Shown: piece by piece, positions 35,585-44,903 of the stretch
Layout: every line of letters begins with the position of its first letter
How positions within the stretch are numbered: the first letter of the stretch is position 1
Origin: Dehalococcoidales bacterium
Lineage (GTDB): Bacteria; Chloroflexota; Dehalococcoidia; Dehalococcoidales; W693
Assembly: GCA_034431095.1 (NCBI GenBank)
Contig: DAOUDM010000011.1
Location: 1 to 60,079, forward strand
DNA: 60,079 nt
Reading direction: 5' to 3'
The notes under the pieces: generated by a model
Seen by the model: only the letters and a program-made list of their open reading frames with translations
The model's database searches: none
What the model was told of the DNA's origin: nothing
Made by a program: the position numbers and the translations under genes

Positions 35585-35788
35585 ATATGTCTTGCTAGCA
35601 CCGCTGGGTAACGATCAGCCAGAAAGCGACTCACTTTGTTGGTAGTCTGAGCAGGAATCTTTACTCATGTGTGTTGCTCCCCAGTAATGCTTTTAGGGAG
35701 TGGAGTGAACAGATACCAATAGCTGAAGTTCTTTACATGGAGATGCGTTAGTCTGTTTTTCGATGCCGGGCAGGTGGGAGCAGGTGTA

Positions 35789-36343
35789 TCATTGGAGAAG
35801 CTTTGGGTTGAGAAAGACATTAGCTACATTGGGATCAAATTGAGTACCTGTACAGAACACTATATCAGCGCGTGCGGCTTCAGGGCTCATTGCCTCCCGG
35901 TACGGATGCCCAGATGTCATAGCATCATAGGCTTCAGCCAGCGCCAAGATTCTAGCTCCCAGTGGTATTTGCTCGTCGTGTAGCCCGTCCGGATAGCCTC
36001 CACCATCATAGCGCTCGTGGTGATGCTTGACCATCTTCAAAATGCTCTCATCCTTTATCATGGAAGCTAGAATACGTTCACCCATTTCACAGTGGTATGT
36101 TATATGACGATACTCAGCCTCGGTAAGCCGCTCCTGTTTGCTCAGAACAGATTCCCCCACTTCCATCATACCAATATCATGAGTCAACCCAGCTAGTCTT
36201 ACCTTCTCAATATCATCCTGCGGCAGGCCTAGCCCTTGGGCTATAGCTACAGCTATTTCGGCTACCCTCTTCGAATGATCACCTAGCTCTTTAGAAAAAG
36301 AGTCAAATATCTTTTTCGCCTGTTTCTCAACAATACGCCGCAT
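35789..36343 (-). CDS. Stand-alone HD-GYP domain protein (putative cyclic dinucleotide phosphodiesterase)
   Basis: HSKRVA, LTHDIG, HHERYDGGGYPDGL, IPLGARIL, GTQFDP. Confidence 0.9.
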   Translation of the reverse strand: MRRIVEKQAKKIFDSFSKELGDHSKRVAEIAVAIAQGLGLPQDDIEKVRLAGLTHDIGMMEVGESVLSKQERLTEAEYRHITYHCEMGERILASMIKDESILKMVKHHHERYDGGGYPDGLHDEQIPLGARILALAEAYDAMTSGHPYREAMSPEAARADIVFCTGTQFDPNVANVFLNPKLLQ

Positions 36344-36566
36344 TTTTCTGTGCCTCCTTGGTCATATACTCGAAAACACTATGCATCTCACCTCCAGCCA
36401 ACACCTATAACCCTATATATGATACATTCTGAGAATAACTCTATCAACTAGGACTCATTTGCCCATTGAAGATTAAGGATACATTTCATCTTTTTGTGAC
36501 CGATTATAAAGCTAGTTGGCTATTACAAATAATGATAACAGCTATCTATAATCATAAATGGTTCAC

Positions 36567-37057
36567 TGGCCTGCCCCCATAAGGTGTACCACCTATAGAG
36601 TTAGAGTCTCGACCATTTTAGCTTCAGGAGCTGGTGGCTTATAACCCAGAGAACTATGTGGTCTTACCTGATTGTATTCCATCCTCCACTCCTCAATCAA
36701 TACCCTGGCCTCTATCAACGTTGTAAATATCTCCTTGTTAAGAAGTTCATCCCTTAGCTTACCATTGAATGACTTGATATATCCATTCTCCCATGGACTT
36801 CCCGGCTCTATAAACAGGGTCTTCACTCCCAAACGACTAGGCCAGTTTCTTATCTACCTGGCGGTAAATTCTGTGCCATTATCTGAGCGGATATGCTCCG
36901 GTATTCCCCTGAGTATAAACAGGTTAAACAGCTGGTCGATGACATCCTGGGAGGAAATACGGCGGCTGCTCCGGAGTGTAAGCCTTCTTGGCCATTTATC
37001 CCCCTTTTATCCTCCAGTCTAACATTAAGACCGGACTACTTTTTGGGGGGCAGGTCA
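36567..37057 (-). mobile_element. 491-bp internally deleted IS3-family element with both terminal IRs and a 4-bp target duplication
   Basis: Ends TGACCTGCCCCC / TGGCCTGCCCCC; TCAC duplicated at 36563-36566 and 37058-37061; orfA start MAKKAYTPEQ fused to the integrase core (IRSDNGTEF, PGSPWENGYIKSFNGKLRDE, RPHSSLGY) with an in-frame stop. Confidence 0.88.
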
Positions 37058-37120
37058 TCACGTTCCTCTATCATATACGATTCCTCATTTTACCTATCAA
37101 TTTTGGGTGATCTTACTCAA

Positions 37121-37912
37121 TCACACTTTCTGACGAAATGTGCAGGTCACAAGATATAGGGCGGTTGTGTCCGGTGATTGATGCCCTAGTAACTTCTGTA
37201 CATCTCTCAAGTTTGCCCCAGATTCTAGCAGCTGGGTCGCAAAATAATGACGCGGACAATGAGGATGAAAACCCTCCAAGCCACAAGCCTTGGCCAAACT
37301 GGTGACTATTCTATAAAAAATGCGGCCATTAAGGCCATCAAAGACTCTTTCCCTCGCTACCTTGCTGGCGCACTGCTCACGTAGCGGAAGGATGGTCCTT
37401 TCGGCCATGGGTATTACCCTATCCCGCTGCCCTTTTCCTTGGCGCACCAAGATGCGGCGATTATTGAAATCAGTATCGCTAACCAGCAGGCTAAGCAATT
37501 CGCTCTTGCGAAGGCCGGTATAGCCTAGTACTAGGATCAGGTTTTTATTTCTCCGTTTCTGCGCTCCAGTTTGATGGCAAAGCCCTGTCTCAGCCTGCTT
37601 AACCAGTGCCTCATAGTCGCCCCTGTCATGGTAGGGTGGCAGCATTACGGGCTTTTGTAGCTTAATTTTAAGGTGCTCACCAATAAACTCGAAGAATGGC
37701 CTCAGGGCGTGGTAGTAGACCAGGAGCGACTTTGGCTGATAGCCCCTGTCTCTGAGGTGGGCTATGAATTCCTTGGCATTGGCAGCACTTGGCTCCTTAC
37801 CGGAGAGCCATTTACTGTAGCCTTCTAATATTTGCCGATACTTCGCCACTGTGCTACGATTAAGGTCGTCCTGCTTTAGCCTTTGGTAGTAATCTTTAAG
37901 GAGTGTTGCCAT
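37121..37912 (-). CDS. Tyrosine recombinase/integrase (XerC/D-like, SAM-like N-domain); track start 37942
   Basis: TGLRKSEL (R), GKG (K), HCPRH (HxxR), LGH and TTALY (Y) all present. HxLRH has L>P and the extreme C-terminus may be replaced by foreign sequence. Confidence 0.9.
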   Translation of the reverse strand: MATLLKDYYQRLKQDDLNRSTVAKYRQILEGYSKWLSGKEPSAANAKEFIAHLRDRGYQPKSLLVYYHALRPFFEFIGEHLKIKLQKPVMLPPYHDRGDYEALVKQAETGLCHQTGAQKRRNKNLILVLGYTGLRKSELLSLLVSDTDFNNRRILVRQGKGQRDRVIPMAERTILPLREQCASKVARERVFDGLNGRIFYRIVTSLAKACGLEGFHPHCPRHYFATQLLESGANLRDVQKLLGHQSPDTTALYLVTCTFRQKV

Positions 37913-38008
37913 ATCTAAAGGATAACACTTGCCAGCTGGCAAACTGTCTACAAGCTGGGAGCAAAGACTTTTGGCAACTGCCCGAATCTGGCTTTCAGAT
38001 AGTCCTGT

Positions 38009-38034
38009 AACTCGGCTTACAGGTTTACTTAGCC
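38009..38034 (+). repeat. attR (displaced 3' end of rnpB)
   Basis: Identical 26-mer. The following C restores a Watson-Crick pair with the 5' GGGC of rnpB, suggesting this is the original terminus. Confidence 0.9.
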
Positions 38035-38104
38035 CGGTTGCTTCAGAGTTGTTGGTAATTGCTCATCATGGCTGTGTTATAATATCGGCCTAGTATGGAT
38101 TGAG

Positions 38105-38722
38105 TTGGGAAGGAATGGGGGATTTATGAACCGGGCTGTGAAACTGGGTGCCATCACATTGGCCTTAATTGCTATAACCGTCCTTCTGTATACCGCTGCT
38201 TCTGGTAGTATATTCTTTGTTGACCAGCAACTAACGCCGGACACCGTTGTCTACACTGAAAGAGATGGCTATGTCTTCCCCTTCTATAAGGATGGCACCG
38301 CCGTCAAGGTGGCTACTGTCTTTCATAGTGTGGAGCCGGGAGATGGCAATCTGGCCCCGATACTGTTTCAGGTAATACCCCGGGATGGCTACCGGGTCGA
38401 CTCATTACATCTGGAGTTAAGGCTGTTGCAGCCACCTTCGGCGCTCCTGCTGGAAAACCCGGAGGGGGATTTATCGCCGCCATACGATTACACCCGCACC
38501 GACCTTGATTCATCGGTTGTCCTCGATTTTCCGGTCCTGGATTCCCGGGCTTCGGAAACGATAACCCTCAACTTCTGGCTGGACCTGTCGGCGATAGACC
38601 CGTCTACTCCGGAGCAGTTGCTTCTGGATATTGCCTTTGCCATGCATGAGGAAAGCATACTAAAAATCGTAAGGTATAATGCCAGTATAACGATACAGTT
38701 AGAAGTCCCATCCATTGCCTGA
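38105..38722 (+). CDS. Hypothetical exported/membrane-anchored protein
   Basis: N-terminal hydrophobic segment (LGAITLALIAITVLLY), then a beta-rich domain; probable start at MNRAVK. Confidence 0.6.
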   Translation: MGRNGGFMNRAVKLGAITLALIAITVLLYTAASGSIFFVDQQLTPDTVVYTERDGYVFPFYKDGTAVKVATVFHSVEPGDGNLAPILFQVIPRDGYRVDSLHLELRLLQPPSALLLENPEGDLSPPYDYTRTDLDSSVVLDFPVLDSRASETITLNFWLDLSAIDPSTPEQLLLDIAFAMHEESILKIVRYNASITIQLEVPSIA

Positions 38723-38862
38723 TGCCAGCCATTCCCTTCCACGGCAAAGTATGTTATTTATAATTGCCTATTGTCTTATCTTATTATATTGTCGGGTTAG
38801 CCGCCCGACCTTTCTTTATTCTTGATTAGTTGATAAACTGTCTATAGAACGAGTAAAAGGGA

Positions 38863-40020
38863 GTGAGTCCGATGTCAAAAGAAGTAAAAATAGGGCTGGT
38901 CAGTCTGTTGCTGGGATTGGGTTTTGGTCTGTCTTTCGGCCTGGGTTATCTCCTGGGCGACGATATGCAGACACAAGACCCATCTTTTACCAGTGTTGAG
39001 CAAGCCTGGAATATCATACTCAATGACTATGTGGAGAAGGATAAAATCGATGCCGAAATGCTGAGCCAGGCGGCTATCGAGGGTATGATAGCGGCGCTGG
39101 ATGACCCTTATACCGCTTACCTGGATGCCACAACCTACCAGTTGGGTATAAGTGAATCGGAGGGAGAATATACCGGTATTGGCGCCAGTGTCGGCATACA
39201 GGACGGGCAACTGACGGTTGTCGCTGCCTTTGACGGTTCACCGGCTGATGTAGCGGGTATACAAGCCGGGGATGTGATTCTGGAAATTGGTGGCGTGTCT
39301 ACTTTGGGAATGGACCTCTATGACGCGGTGCTGAAGGTACGTGGCGATTTAGGGACATCGGTCAGTCTGCTCATTCTCCACCAGGGGGAGACCGAGCCGG
39401 TGGAGATTATCGTCGTCAGGGGGCAGATAGAGGTGCCCAGCGTTGACTTTGAGATGCGGGGAGACATTGCCTATATCGGTATCGAGCACTTTACCGAGAG
39501 AACCGATAAAGAGCTGGTGCCGGTGCTGGAAGCTATAGCCGACGAAGGGGCTACCGGCATCGTCCTTGACCTGAGGGGTAACCCGGGCGGTCTGCTGGAC
39601 TCGGTGGTTCTGGTCACCAGCCGCTTCCTGACACAGGGAGAGGTGCTCACCGTGCGGGACAGCTATGGCAACGTTGAGGTCTATGTGGTCAGCCCTCAGG
39701 AGTTGACCACCGACCTGCCGATGGTGGTGCTGGTCGATGGCTATAGCGCCAGCGGTAGCGAGGTGGTGGCCGGCGCTCTTCAAGACCACGAGCGGGCGGT
39801 TATCGCCGGCACCGCCACCTACGGCAAGGGTAGCGCCAACACCTTGAAAGAGCTTGCCGATGGCTCCGGTCTGTACATTACCATCGCCCGCTGGCTGACG
39901 CCCGATGGTCATCTGATAGAGGGGATAGGCGTTATCCCCGATGTCGAGCTTGAGCTTACCGATGAGGATGCCGTCCAGTGGGCTATAGACTATCTTCATG
40001 GCGGCGGGCAGGCAGGCTAG
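38863..40020 (+). CDS. Carboxyl-terminal processing protease, S41 family with PDZ domain
   Basis: ALDDPYTAY, YTGIG, PDZ, LDLRGNPGG, SASGSE, TYGKG, GIGVIPD. Confidence 0.95.
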   Translation: MSPMSKEVKIGLVSLLLGLGFGLSFGLGYLLGDDMQTQDPSFTSVEQAWNIILNDYVEKDKIDAEMLSQAAIEGMIAALDDPYTAYLDATTYQLGISESEGEYTGIGASVGIQDGQLTVVAAFDGSPADVAGIQAGDVILEIGGVSTLGMDLYDAVLKVRGDLGTSVSLLILHQGETEPVEIIVVRGQIEVPSVDFEMRGDIAYIGIEHFTERTDKELVPVLEAIADEGATGIVLDLRGNPGGLLDSVVLVTSRFLTQGEVLTVRDSYGNVEVYVVSPQELTTDLPMVVLVDGYSASGSEVVAGALQDHERAVIAGTATYGKGSANTLKELADGSGLYITIARWLTPDGHLIEGIGVIPDVELELTDEDAVQWAIDYLHGGGQAG

Positions 40021-40056
40021 GCAAAAACGATAGAGTATGGTTGGTCGGGGCTTGAT

Positions 40057-40464
40057 ATGGACCGCTTGAGCTTCAGGTTATGGCTGGTGGCGAGCGTTAC
40101 GCTGGCCTTGGGCGCGGTAATAATCCGTCTGGCCTGGGAGGCGGCTTACACCACTACGGCAGGCAGTATGGTCATCATAGCCCTGCTTATGCTGGCTATT
40201 CTCGGTATCTATGCCCTTTTCCTGTATCTTATAATCAAACCCAGCCGGGGGAAAATGACCAGTTTGCCGGTCAAGGTATCGTTTACGGTGATAATTACCG
40301 CCGGTCTTATCAGCGGCATCATCCACTTCGTCCGCTTTGTTCCCTCGCCCGAGGCCTTCTTCCCACTAAGCGTGGTAATAGCTACCCTGCTCCTGGTGGC
40401 GGGGGTTATCGCCTACCTGCTGGCGCTCGGGCTTATCTGGTCAATACATAAGGCCGGGAAATAG
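40057..40464 (+). CDS. Hypothetical four-TM membrane protein
   Basis: Four hydrophobic segments. Confidence 0.6.
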   Translation: MDRLSFRLWLVASVTLALGAVIIRLAWEAAYTTTAGSMVIIALLMLAILGIYALFLYLIIKPSRGKMTSLPVKVSFTVIITAGLISGIIHFVRFVPSPEAFFPLSVVIATLLLVAGVIAYLLALGLIWSIHKAGK

Positions 40465-40555
40465 GCAGCCCTGTTACTATTGGCTTCTATTTGACCATAT
40501 TATCGGTAGTAGCCTATAATTCATAGACAATTCCGGGGTAATCCCTTGTAATACT

Positions 40556-41602
40556 ATGAGCGTATCACAACAACTTGAAGAGATAAGAAAGGCGGCGATT
40601 GGGGAGCTGGGCGGTACCGGCGATGCCAGGGAACTGGAAGCCTGGCGGGTTCGCTATTTAGGCAAAAAGAGCCTGCTGAATGAGGTCCTGCGTAGCCTGT
40701 TTCGGTTACCCCTTGAGGAGAGAAAGGCGGTGGGCGCCGCCGCCAACAGGCTCAAGGCTGATCTGGAGAACGAGCTGGGCCAGAAGGAGCAGGTGGTTCG
40801 TCAGGATAGACTGGCAGCGTCGGCTGGAGGAAAGGATATCGATATATCCCTGCCCGGGCGCTCCTTCACCGCCGGGCGGCTGCACCCGGTTACCCGGGTG
40901 TATTATGAGATAAACGATATCTTTGTCTCTATGGGCTTTGAGGTGGTTGAGGGGCCGGAGGTAGAGTGGGACTACTATAACTTCGAGGCGTTGAACATTC
41001 CCAAGGAGCACCCAGCCCGCGATACCATGGCGACGCTCTGGATAGACAGTGAGGCGGGGAGTGGGGGCAGGTCAAGGCTGTTGCGCACCCACACCTCGCC
41101 GATGCAGGTTCGGGTTATGGAGAAGGTGCGCCCTCCGCTGAGGATAGTGGTACCGGGTAAGGTGTACCGCTATGAGGCTACCGATGCCACCCATATCCCT
41201 ATGTTCCATCAGCTTGAGGGCCTGGCGGTGGACGAGGGTATTACTATGACTGACCTTAAGGGGACGCTCTACGAGTTTGCCCGCCGCTTCTTCGGCGGAG
41301 ATAGGCGGGTGCGCTTTCGCTGTGACTACTTCCCCTTCGTTGAGCCCGGCGTTGAGATGGCGATTGAGTGCATTGTCTGTAAGGGGGAGGGGTGCCGCCT
41401 GTGCGGCTCCAGCGGCTGGATTGAAATACTGGGCGCCGGTATGGTCCACCCCCGGGTGCTGGAGCGGGTGAACATCGACCCCGAGGTCTACTCCGGCTTT
41501 GCCTTCGGCATGGGTATCGAGCGCATCCCGATGTTACGCTACGGCATTAACGATATCCGCCTGTTTTACGGCAGTGACCTTAGATTCTTGAGGCAATTTT
41601 AG
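40556..41602 (+). CDS. pheS: Phenylalanine--tRNA ligase alpha subunit
   Basis: [37 protein letters not shown]. Confidence 0.99.
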   Translation: MSVSQQLEEIRKAAIGELGGTGDARELEAWRVRYLGKKSLLNEVLRSLFRLPLEERKAVGAAANRLKADLENELGQKEQVVRQDRLAASAGGKDIDISLPGRSFTAGRLHPVTRVYYEINDIFVSMGFEVVEGPEVEWDYYNFEALNIPKEHPARDTMATLWIDSEAGSGGRSRLLRTHTSPMQVRVMEKVRPPLRIVVPGKVYRYEATDATHIPMFHQLEGLAVDEGITMTDLKGTLYEFARRFFGGDRRVRFRCDYFPFVEPGVEMAIECIVCKGEGCRLCGSSGWIEILGAGMVHPRVLERVNIDPEVYSGFAFGMGIERIPMLRYGINDIRLFYGSDLRFLRQF

Positions 41603-41606
41603 GGCT

Positions 41607-44003
41607 ATGAAGGTTCCGGTTAAGTGGCTCAGGGACTATGTTGATATAGACCTGCCGCTGGCAGAGGTTGCCCGGCGGCTGACGATGGCCGGTACCGAGA
41701 CCAGCCTGCTGTCGCTGGGGCAAAGCTGGCAGGGGGTGGTCGTCGGACAGATAATAGCCGTAGAGCCACACCCTAATGCTGAACGCCTGCGCCTGGTGAC
41801 CGTAGACCTGGCTACGGAAGAGCAGACGGTGGTCTGCGGCGCGCCCAATCTCCAGATTGGCGATAAGATAGCCTTTGCCCCTGTCGGCACCGAGCTTATC
41901 GATGGGCATACTGGCGAAAAAGCGGTTCTCAAGAAAGCCAAGATTCGTGGCGTTGCTTCCTGCGGCATGGTCTGCTCGGAGAAGGAGCTGGGTATATCCG
42001 ATAGCCACGAGGGGATTATGGTTCTGCCTTCCGAGGCGCAGCCGGACACACCACTGTCTGAATTTTTAAACGATATGGTGCTTGACCTTGAAGTAACCCC
42101 CAACCGCCCTGACCTGCTGTCGGTAATCGGCGTCGCCAGGGAGGTAGCCGCTCTCACCGGGCAGTGTGTCTCTCTTTCCGAGCCCGGTTTTGAGGCTCGG
42201 GGAGACCCGATAGAAGGGCAAATATCGGTCGAGATAACCGATCCCGATCTGTGCCCCAGATACTGCGCCAGCTTAATAAATGGTATAAAAATAGCCGAGT
42301 CCCCCGAGTGGTTAAAGCAGCGTCTCACTAGCTCGGGCATGCGCCCGATAAACAATATCGTGGATGTTACCAACTACGTTATGCTGGAATACGGGCAGCC
42401 TCTACACGGTTTTGATTATCATAAAATCAGTGATAAGAAGATTATCGTGCGCCGGGCGAAAGATGGCGAGGTTATGGTTTCTCTGGATGGGGTAGAGCGG
42501 AACCTTAGCAGAGATATGCTGGCCATCGTCGATAGCCAGCGGGCGGTAGCCATTGGCGGCGTTATGGGTGGTGCCAACAGCGAGGTGAGCGAAGAAACCA
42601 CATCAATATTGCTGGAAGCGGCCAGTTTTAACCCGGCAAGCATTCACTTTACCAGCCACAGACTGGGTCTGGTAAGCGAAGCCAGTATGCGCTTTGAGCG
42701 GGCCATCCGTTCCGAGCTGGCACTGCCGGCGCTGAAACGGGCGACTCAGCTTATTGTACAACTGGCTGGCGGCAAAGCCGCCCGGGGTCTGATTGACATC
42801 TACCCGGGGAGGCAGGAGTGGAAACCCATTCTGCTGAGGGCTAGCAGGGTGAACCGCCTCCTGGGCGTTGAGTTTGACCCAAGACAGATAACGGATGCCC
42901 TGGTATTGCTTGGCTTTGACATAAAGCCAGCCTCTTCGGCTTCAGAGTTTCTGGTCGCTGTTCCATACTGGCGCAGCGATATAAGCCTTGAGGTCGACCT
43001 GATAGAGGAGGTCGCCCGTGTTATCGGCTATGATAGGATTCCGACAACCATGCTGGCCAGTCCGTTACCACAGCAGAACCCCAAACCCATCATCGGGCTG
43101 AGGAGGAAGGTAAGCCAGATTCTTACCGGTTTCGGTTTTCAGGAGGTGATAACCTATTCGTTGACCAGCCGTGAGATTATGAAAAAGGTCTTTCAACGCC
43201 CCTTTGAGCCGGAGCCTATACGTCTGGCTAACGCTATGACGATGGAGCAGGAGTACCTCCGCACCAGCCTCAGGGGCAACCTTTTAATTGCCCTGGCCGC
43301 CAACAGGCAGCATGAAGACGGGCCGATAATGCTCTTTGAGCTGGGCAGGGTATACCTCCCTCGCGATAACGACTTGCCCGATGAGCCCGAGGTACTGTGT
43401 GGTTTTTTGAGTAGCTCCGGGGTGGAAAAAACGTGGCACGATAGCCAATATCCCCTCGATTTCTTTGATGCCAAGGGGGCGGTGGAGGGTTTGCTGTCTC
43501 AACTGGGGCTCGAAGCCAGCTTTGAGGAAAGTGATGACGATGGCTTGAGGCCGGGTAGGCAGTTGTCTATATTGGTCGGCGGTGACAGGCTCGGGGTTGT
43601 CGGCGAGTTACACTCCGGGGTAGCTGAGGCCTTTGATATTTCCGGGGAGGTCTATCTCTTTGAGATGGACATGGCGGCGCTTTTGCCCCATACCCTCGGC
43701 TATAAGAAATTCCAGCCGATACCGCGCTTCCCGTCTGTGGTTCGGGATATAGCCCTGGTGCTTGATAACGATGTCACCCATCAGCAGGTGGTGGATATTA
43801 TTCAGGGCTTTCCATTGGTTAATAAGGTATCCCTATTTGACGTCTATACCGGCAAGCAGCTGCCGCCGGGCAAGAAGTCCCTTGCCTATCGCATTAGCTT
43901 CCAGTCGCCGGACCACACCCTGACCGACGAAGAGGCCAATAAAGTCCAGCAGCAGATTCTGGACAAGCTGTCCGGTGAGCTGGGGGCTACCCTGCGCACT
44001 TGA
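41607..44003 (+). CDS. pheT: Phenylalanine--tRNA ligase beta subunit
   Basis: HPNAERL, VCGAPN, TPNRPD, NNIVDVTNY, RFER, FDVYTG...KKSLAY. Confidence 0.99.
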   Translation: MKVPVKWLRDYVDIDLPLAEVARRLTMAGTETSLLSLGQSWQGVVVGQIIAVEPHPNAERLRLVTVDLATEEQTVVCGAPNLQIGDKIAFAPVGTELIDGHTGEKAVLKKAKIRGVASCGMVCSEKELGISDSHEGIMVLPSEAQPDTPLSEFLNDMVLDLEVTPNRPDLLSVIGVAREVAALTGQCVSLSEPGFEARGDPIEGQISVEITDPDLCPRYCASLINGIKIAESPEWLKQRLTSSGMRPINNIVDVTNYVMLEYGQPLHGFDYHKISDKKIIVRRAKDGEVMVSLDGVERNLSRDMLAIVDSQRAVAIGGVMGGANSEVSEETTSILLEAASFNPASIHFTSHRLGLVSEASMRFERAIRSELALPALKRATQLIVQLAGGKAARGLIDIYPGRQEWKPILLRASRVNRLLGVEFDPRQITDALVLLGFDIKPASSASEFLVAVPYWRSDISLEVDLIEEVARVIGYDRIPTTMLASPLPQQNPKPIIGLRRKVSQILTGFGFQEVITYSLTSREIMKKVFQRPFEPEPIRLANAMTMEQEYLRTSLRGNLLIALAANRQHEDGPIMLFELGRVYLPRDNDLPDEPEVLCGFLSSSGVEKTWHDSQYPLDFFDAKGAVEGLLSQLGLEASFEESDDDGLRPGRQLSILVGGDRLGVVGELHSGVAEAFDISGEVYLFEMDMAALLPHTLGYKKFQPIPRFPSVVRDIALVLDNDVTHQQVVDIIQGFPLVNKVSLFDVYTGKQLPPGKKSLAYRISFQSPDHTLTDEEANKVQQQILDKLSGELGATLRT

Positions 44004-44063
44004 TATAAGCTCCTTGATTATATATGTTATAATCATTATATAAACAAAGGGAGGTGGTTTGCG

Positions 44064-44306
44064 GTGAAAGAATTAGAAAAAGAGTTTGATTATTACTTAA
44101 AGCACCAAGACGAACTCGTTAAAAAATACAATGGGAAATTTATTGTAATAAAAGATTGCGCTGTAATTGGTGATTATGATTCAGAGTTAGAAGCAGTTGA
44201 GAAGACTACAGAAAAATACGAGTTGGGCACTTTTTTAGTTCAAAAATGTGAACCTGGTAGCGAAAGCTATACCCAGACATACCATTCAAGAGTATTGTTT
44301 GCATAG
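44064..44306 (+). CDS. Small hypothetical protein (DUF5678-like), AT-rich
   Basis: FDYYLKHQDELVKKYNGKFIVIKD pattern; GGAGG RBS; paired with the aspartyl protease gene. Confidence 0.6.
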   Translation: MKELEKEFDYYLKHQDELVKKYNGKFIVIKDCAVIGDYDSELEAVEKTTEKYELGTFLVQKCEPGSESYTQTYHSRVLFA

Positions 44307-44315
44307 GGAAGCTTT

Positions 44316-44903
44316 ATGCAAACAAAAGTAGATGCATTCACCTCAAAATATCCTGGAAGATCAAGAGTATTAGCTAATAAGGTACATATTTCTCAAGCTT
44401 TTCTATCTAAAGGCTCATCTGTGCGTAGACCCGAAAATGCAAAAGAGTTTGCAGCTATTTGGGATACTGGGGCGACTGGTTCGGTTATCACTAAAAAAGT
44501 TGTTGATGACTGTAAATTAAAACCTATTGGTATGGCTAAAGTAAGCACCGCCCAAGGAGAAACAACAAAAAATGTATATCTTGCGAGTATCTTTTTACCT
44601 AATAAAGTTGCTTTTCCTCAAGTAAGAGTGGTTGAGGGTAATATTACTGGTGACTTTGAAGTACTAATAGGCATGGATATAATAAGCCAAGGTGATTTTG
44701 CAGTAACTAACAAAGATGGAAAAACAGTATTTTCCTTTAGAATGCCGTCTATTGAATGCATTGATTTTGTAAAACAGAGACCACCCGGAGCTATGCCTCA
44801 GACTATAAGCTCTACACCTAAAGTTGGCAGAAATGACCCTTGTCCATGTGGTAGTGCAAAAAGTATAAAAAGTGCTGCGGTAAGTAAATTAGCTTTTAGC
44901 TAA
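44316..44903 (+). CDS. Retropepsin-like aspartyl protease with C-terminal SEC-C motif, apparently frameshifted at ~44856
   Basis: AIWDTGATGS and VLIGMDII motifs; KVGRNDPCPCGS continues in another frame as KKYKKCCGK*. Confidence 0.8.
   Translation: MQTKVDAFTSKYPGRSRVLANKVHISQAFLSKGSSVRRPENAKEFAAIWDTGATGSVITKKVVDDCKLKPIGMAKVSTAQGETTKNVYLASIFLPNKVAFPQVRVVEGNITGDFEVLIGMDIISQGDFAVTNKDGKTVFSFRMPSIECIDFVKQRPPGAMPQTISSTPKVGRNDPCPCGSAKSIKSAAVSKLAFS

Larger units (their letters stand above)
34704..38034. mobile_element. Tyrosine-integrase genomic islet integrated in the 3' end of rnpB
   Basis: 26-bp direct repeat at both ends, integrase next to the right repeat, AT-rich interior with IS remnants. Confidence 0.88.

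Noticed and set aside
37140-37149. TGACCTGCAC on the minus strand as a third IS end truncating the integrase
   Set aside because: It resembles the IS3 termini, but no partner end or target duplication was found and the catalytic Tyr is retained, so it is left as a caveat only.
19486-38034. One large prophage comprising the capsid module plus the integrase at 37.1-37.9 kb
   Set aside because: The att duplication brackets only 34704-38034, and core genes (zinc ribbon, rnhA, rnpB) lie between the two, so they are separate elements.
40464-40556. T-box riboswitch upstream of pheS (also checked before proS)
   Set aside because: The leader is under 100 bp, with no T-box consensus (AAUUAGGGUGG-ACC-like) followed by an antiterminator/terminator.
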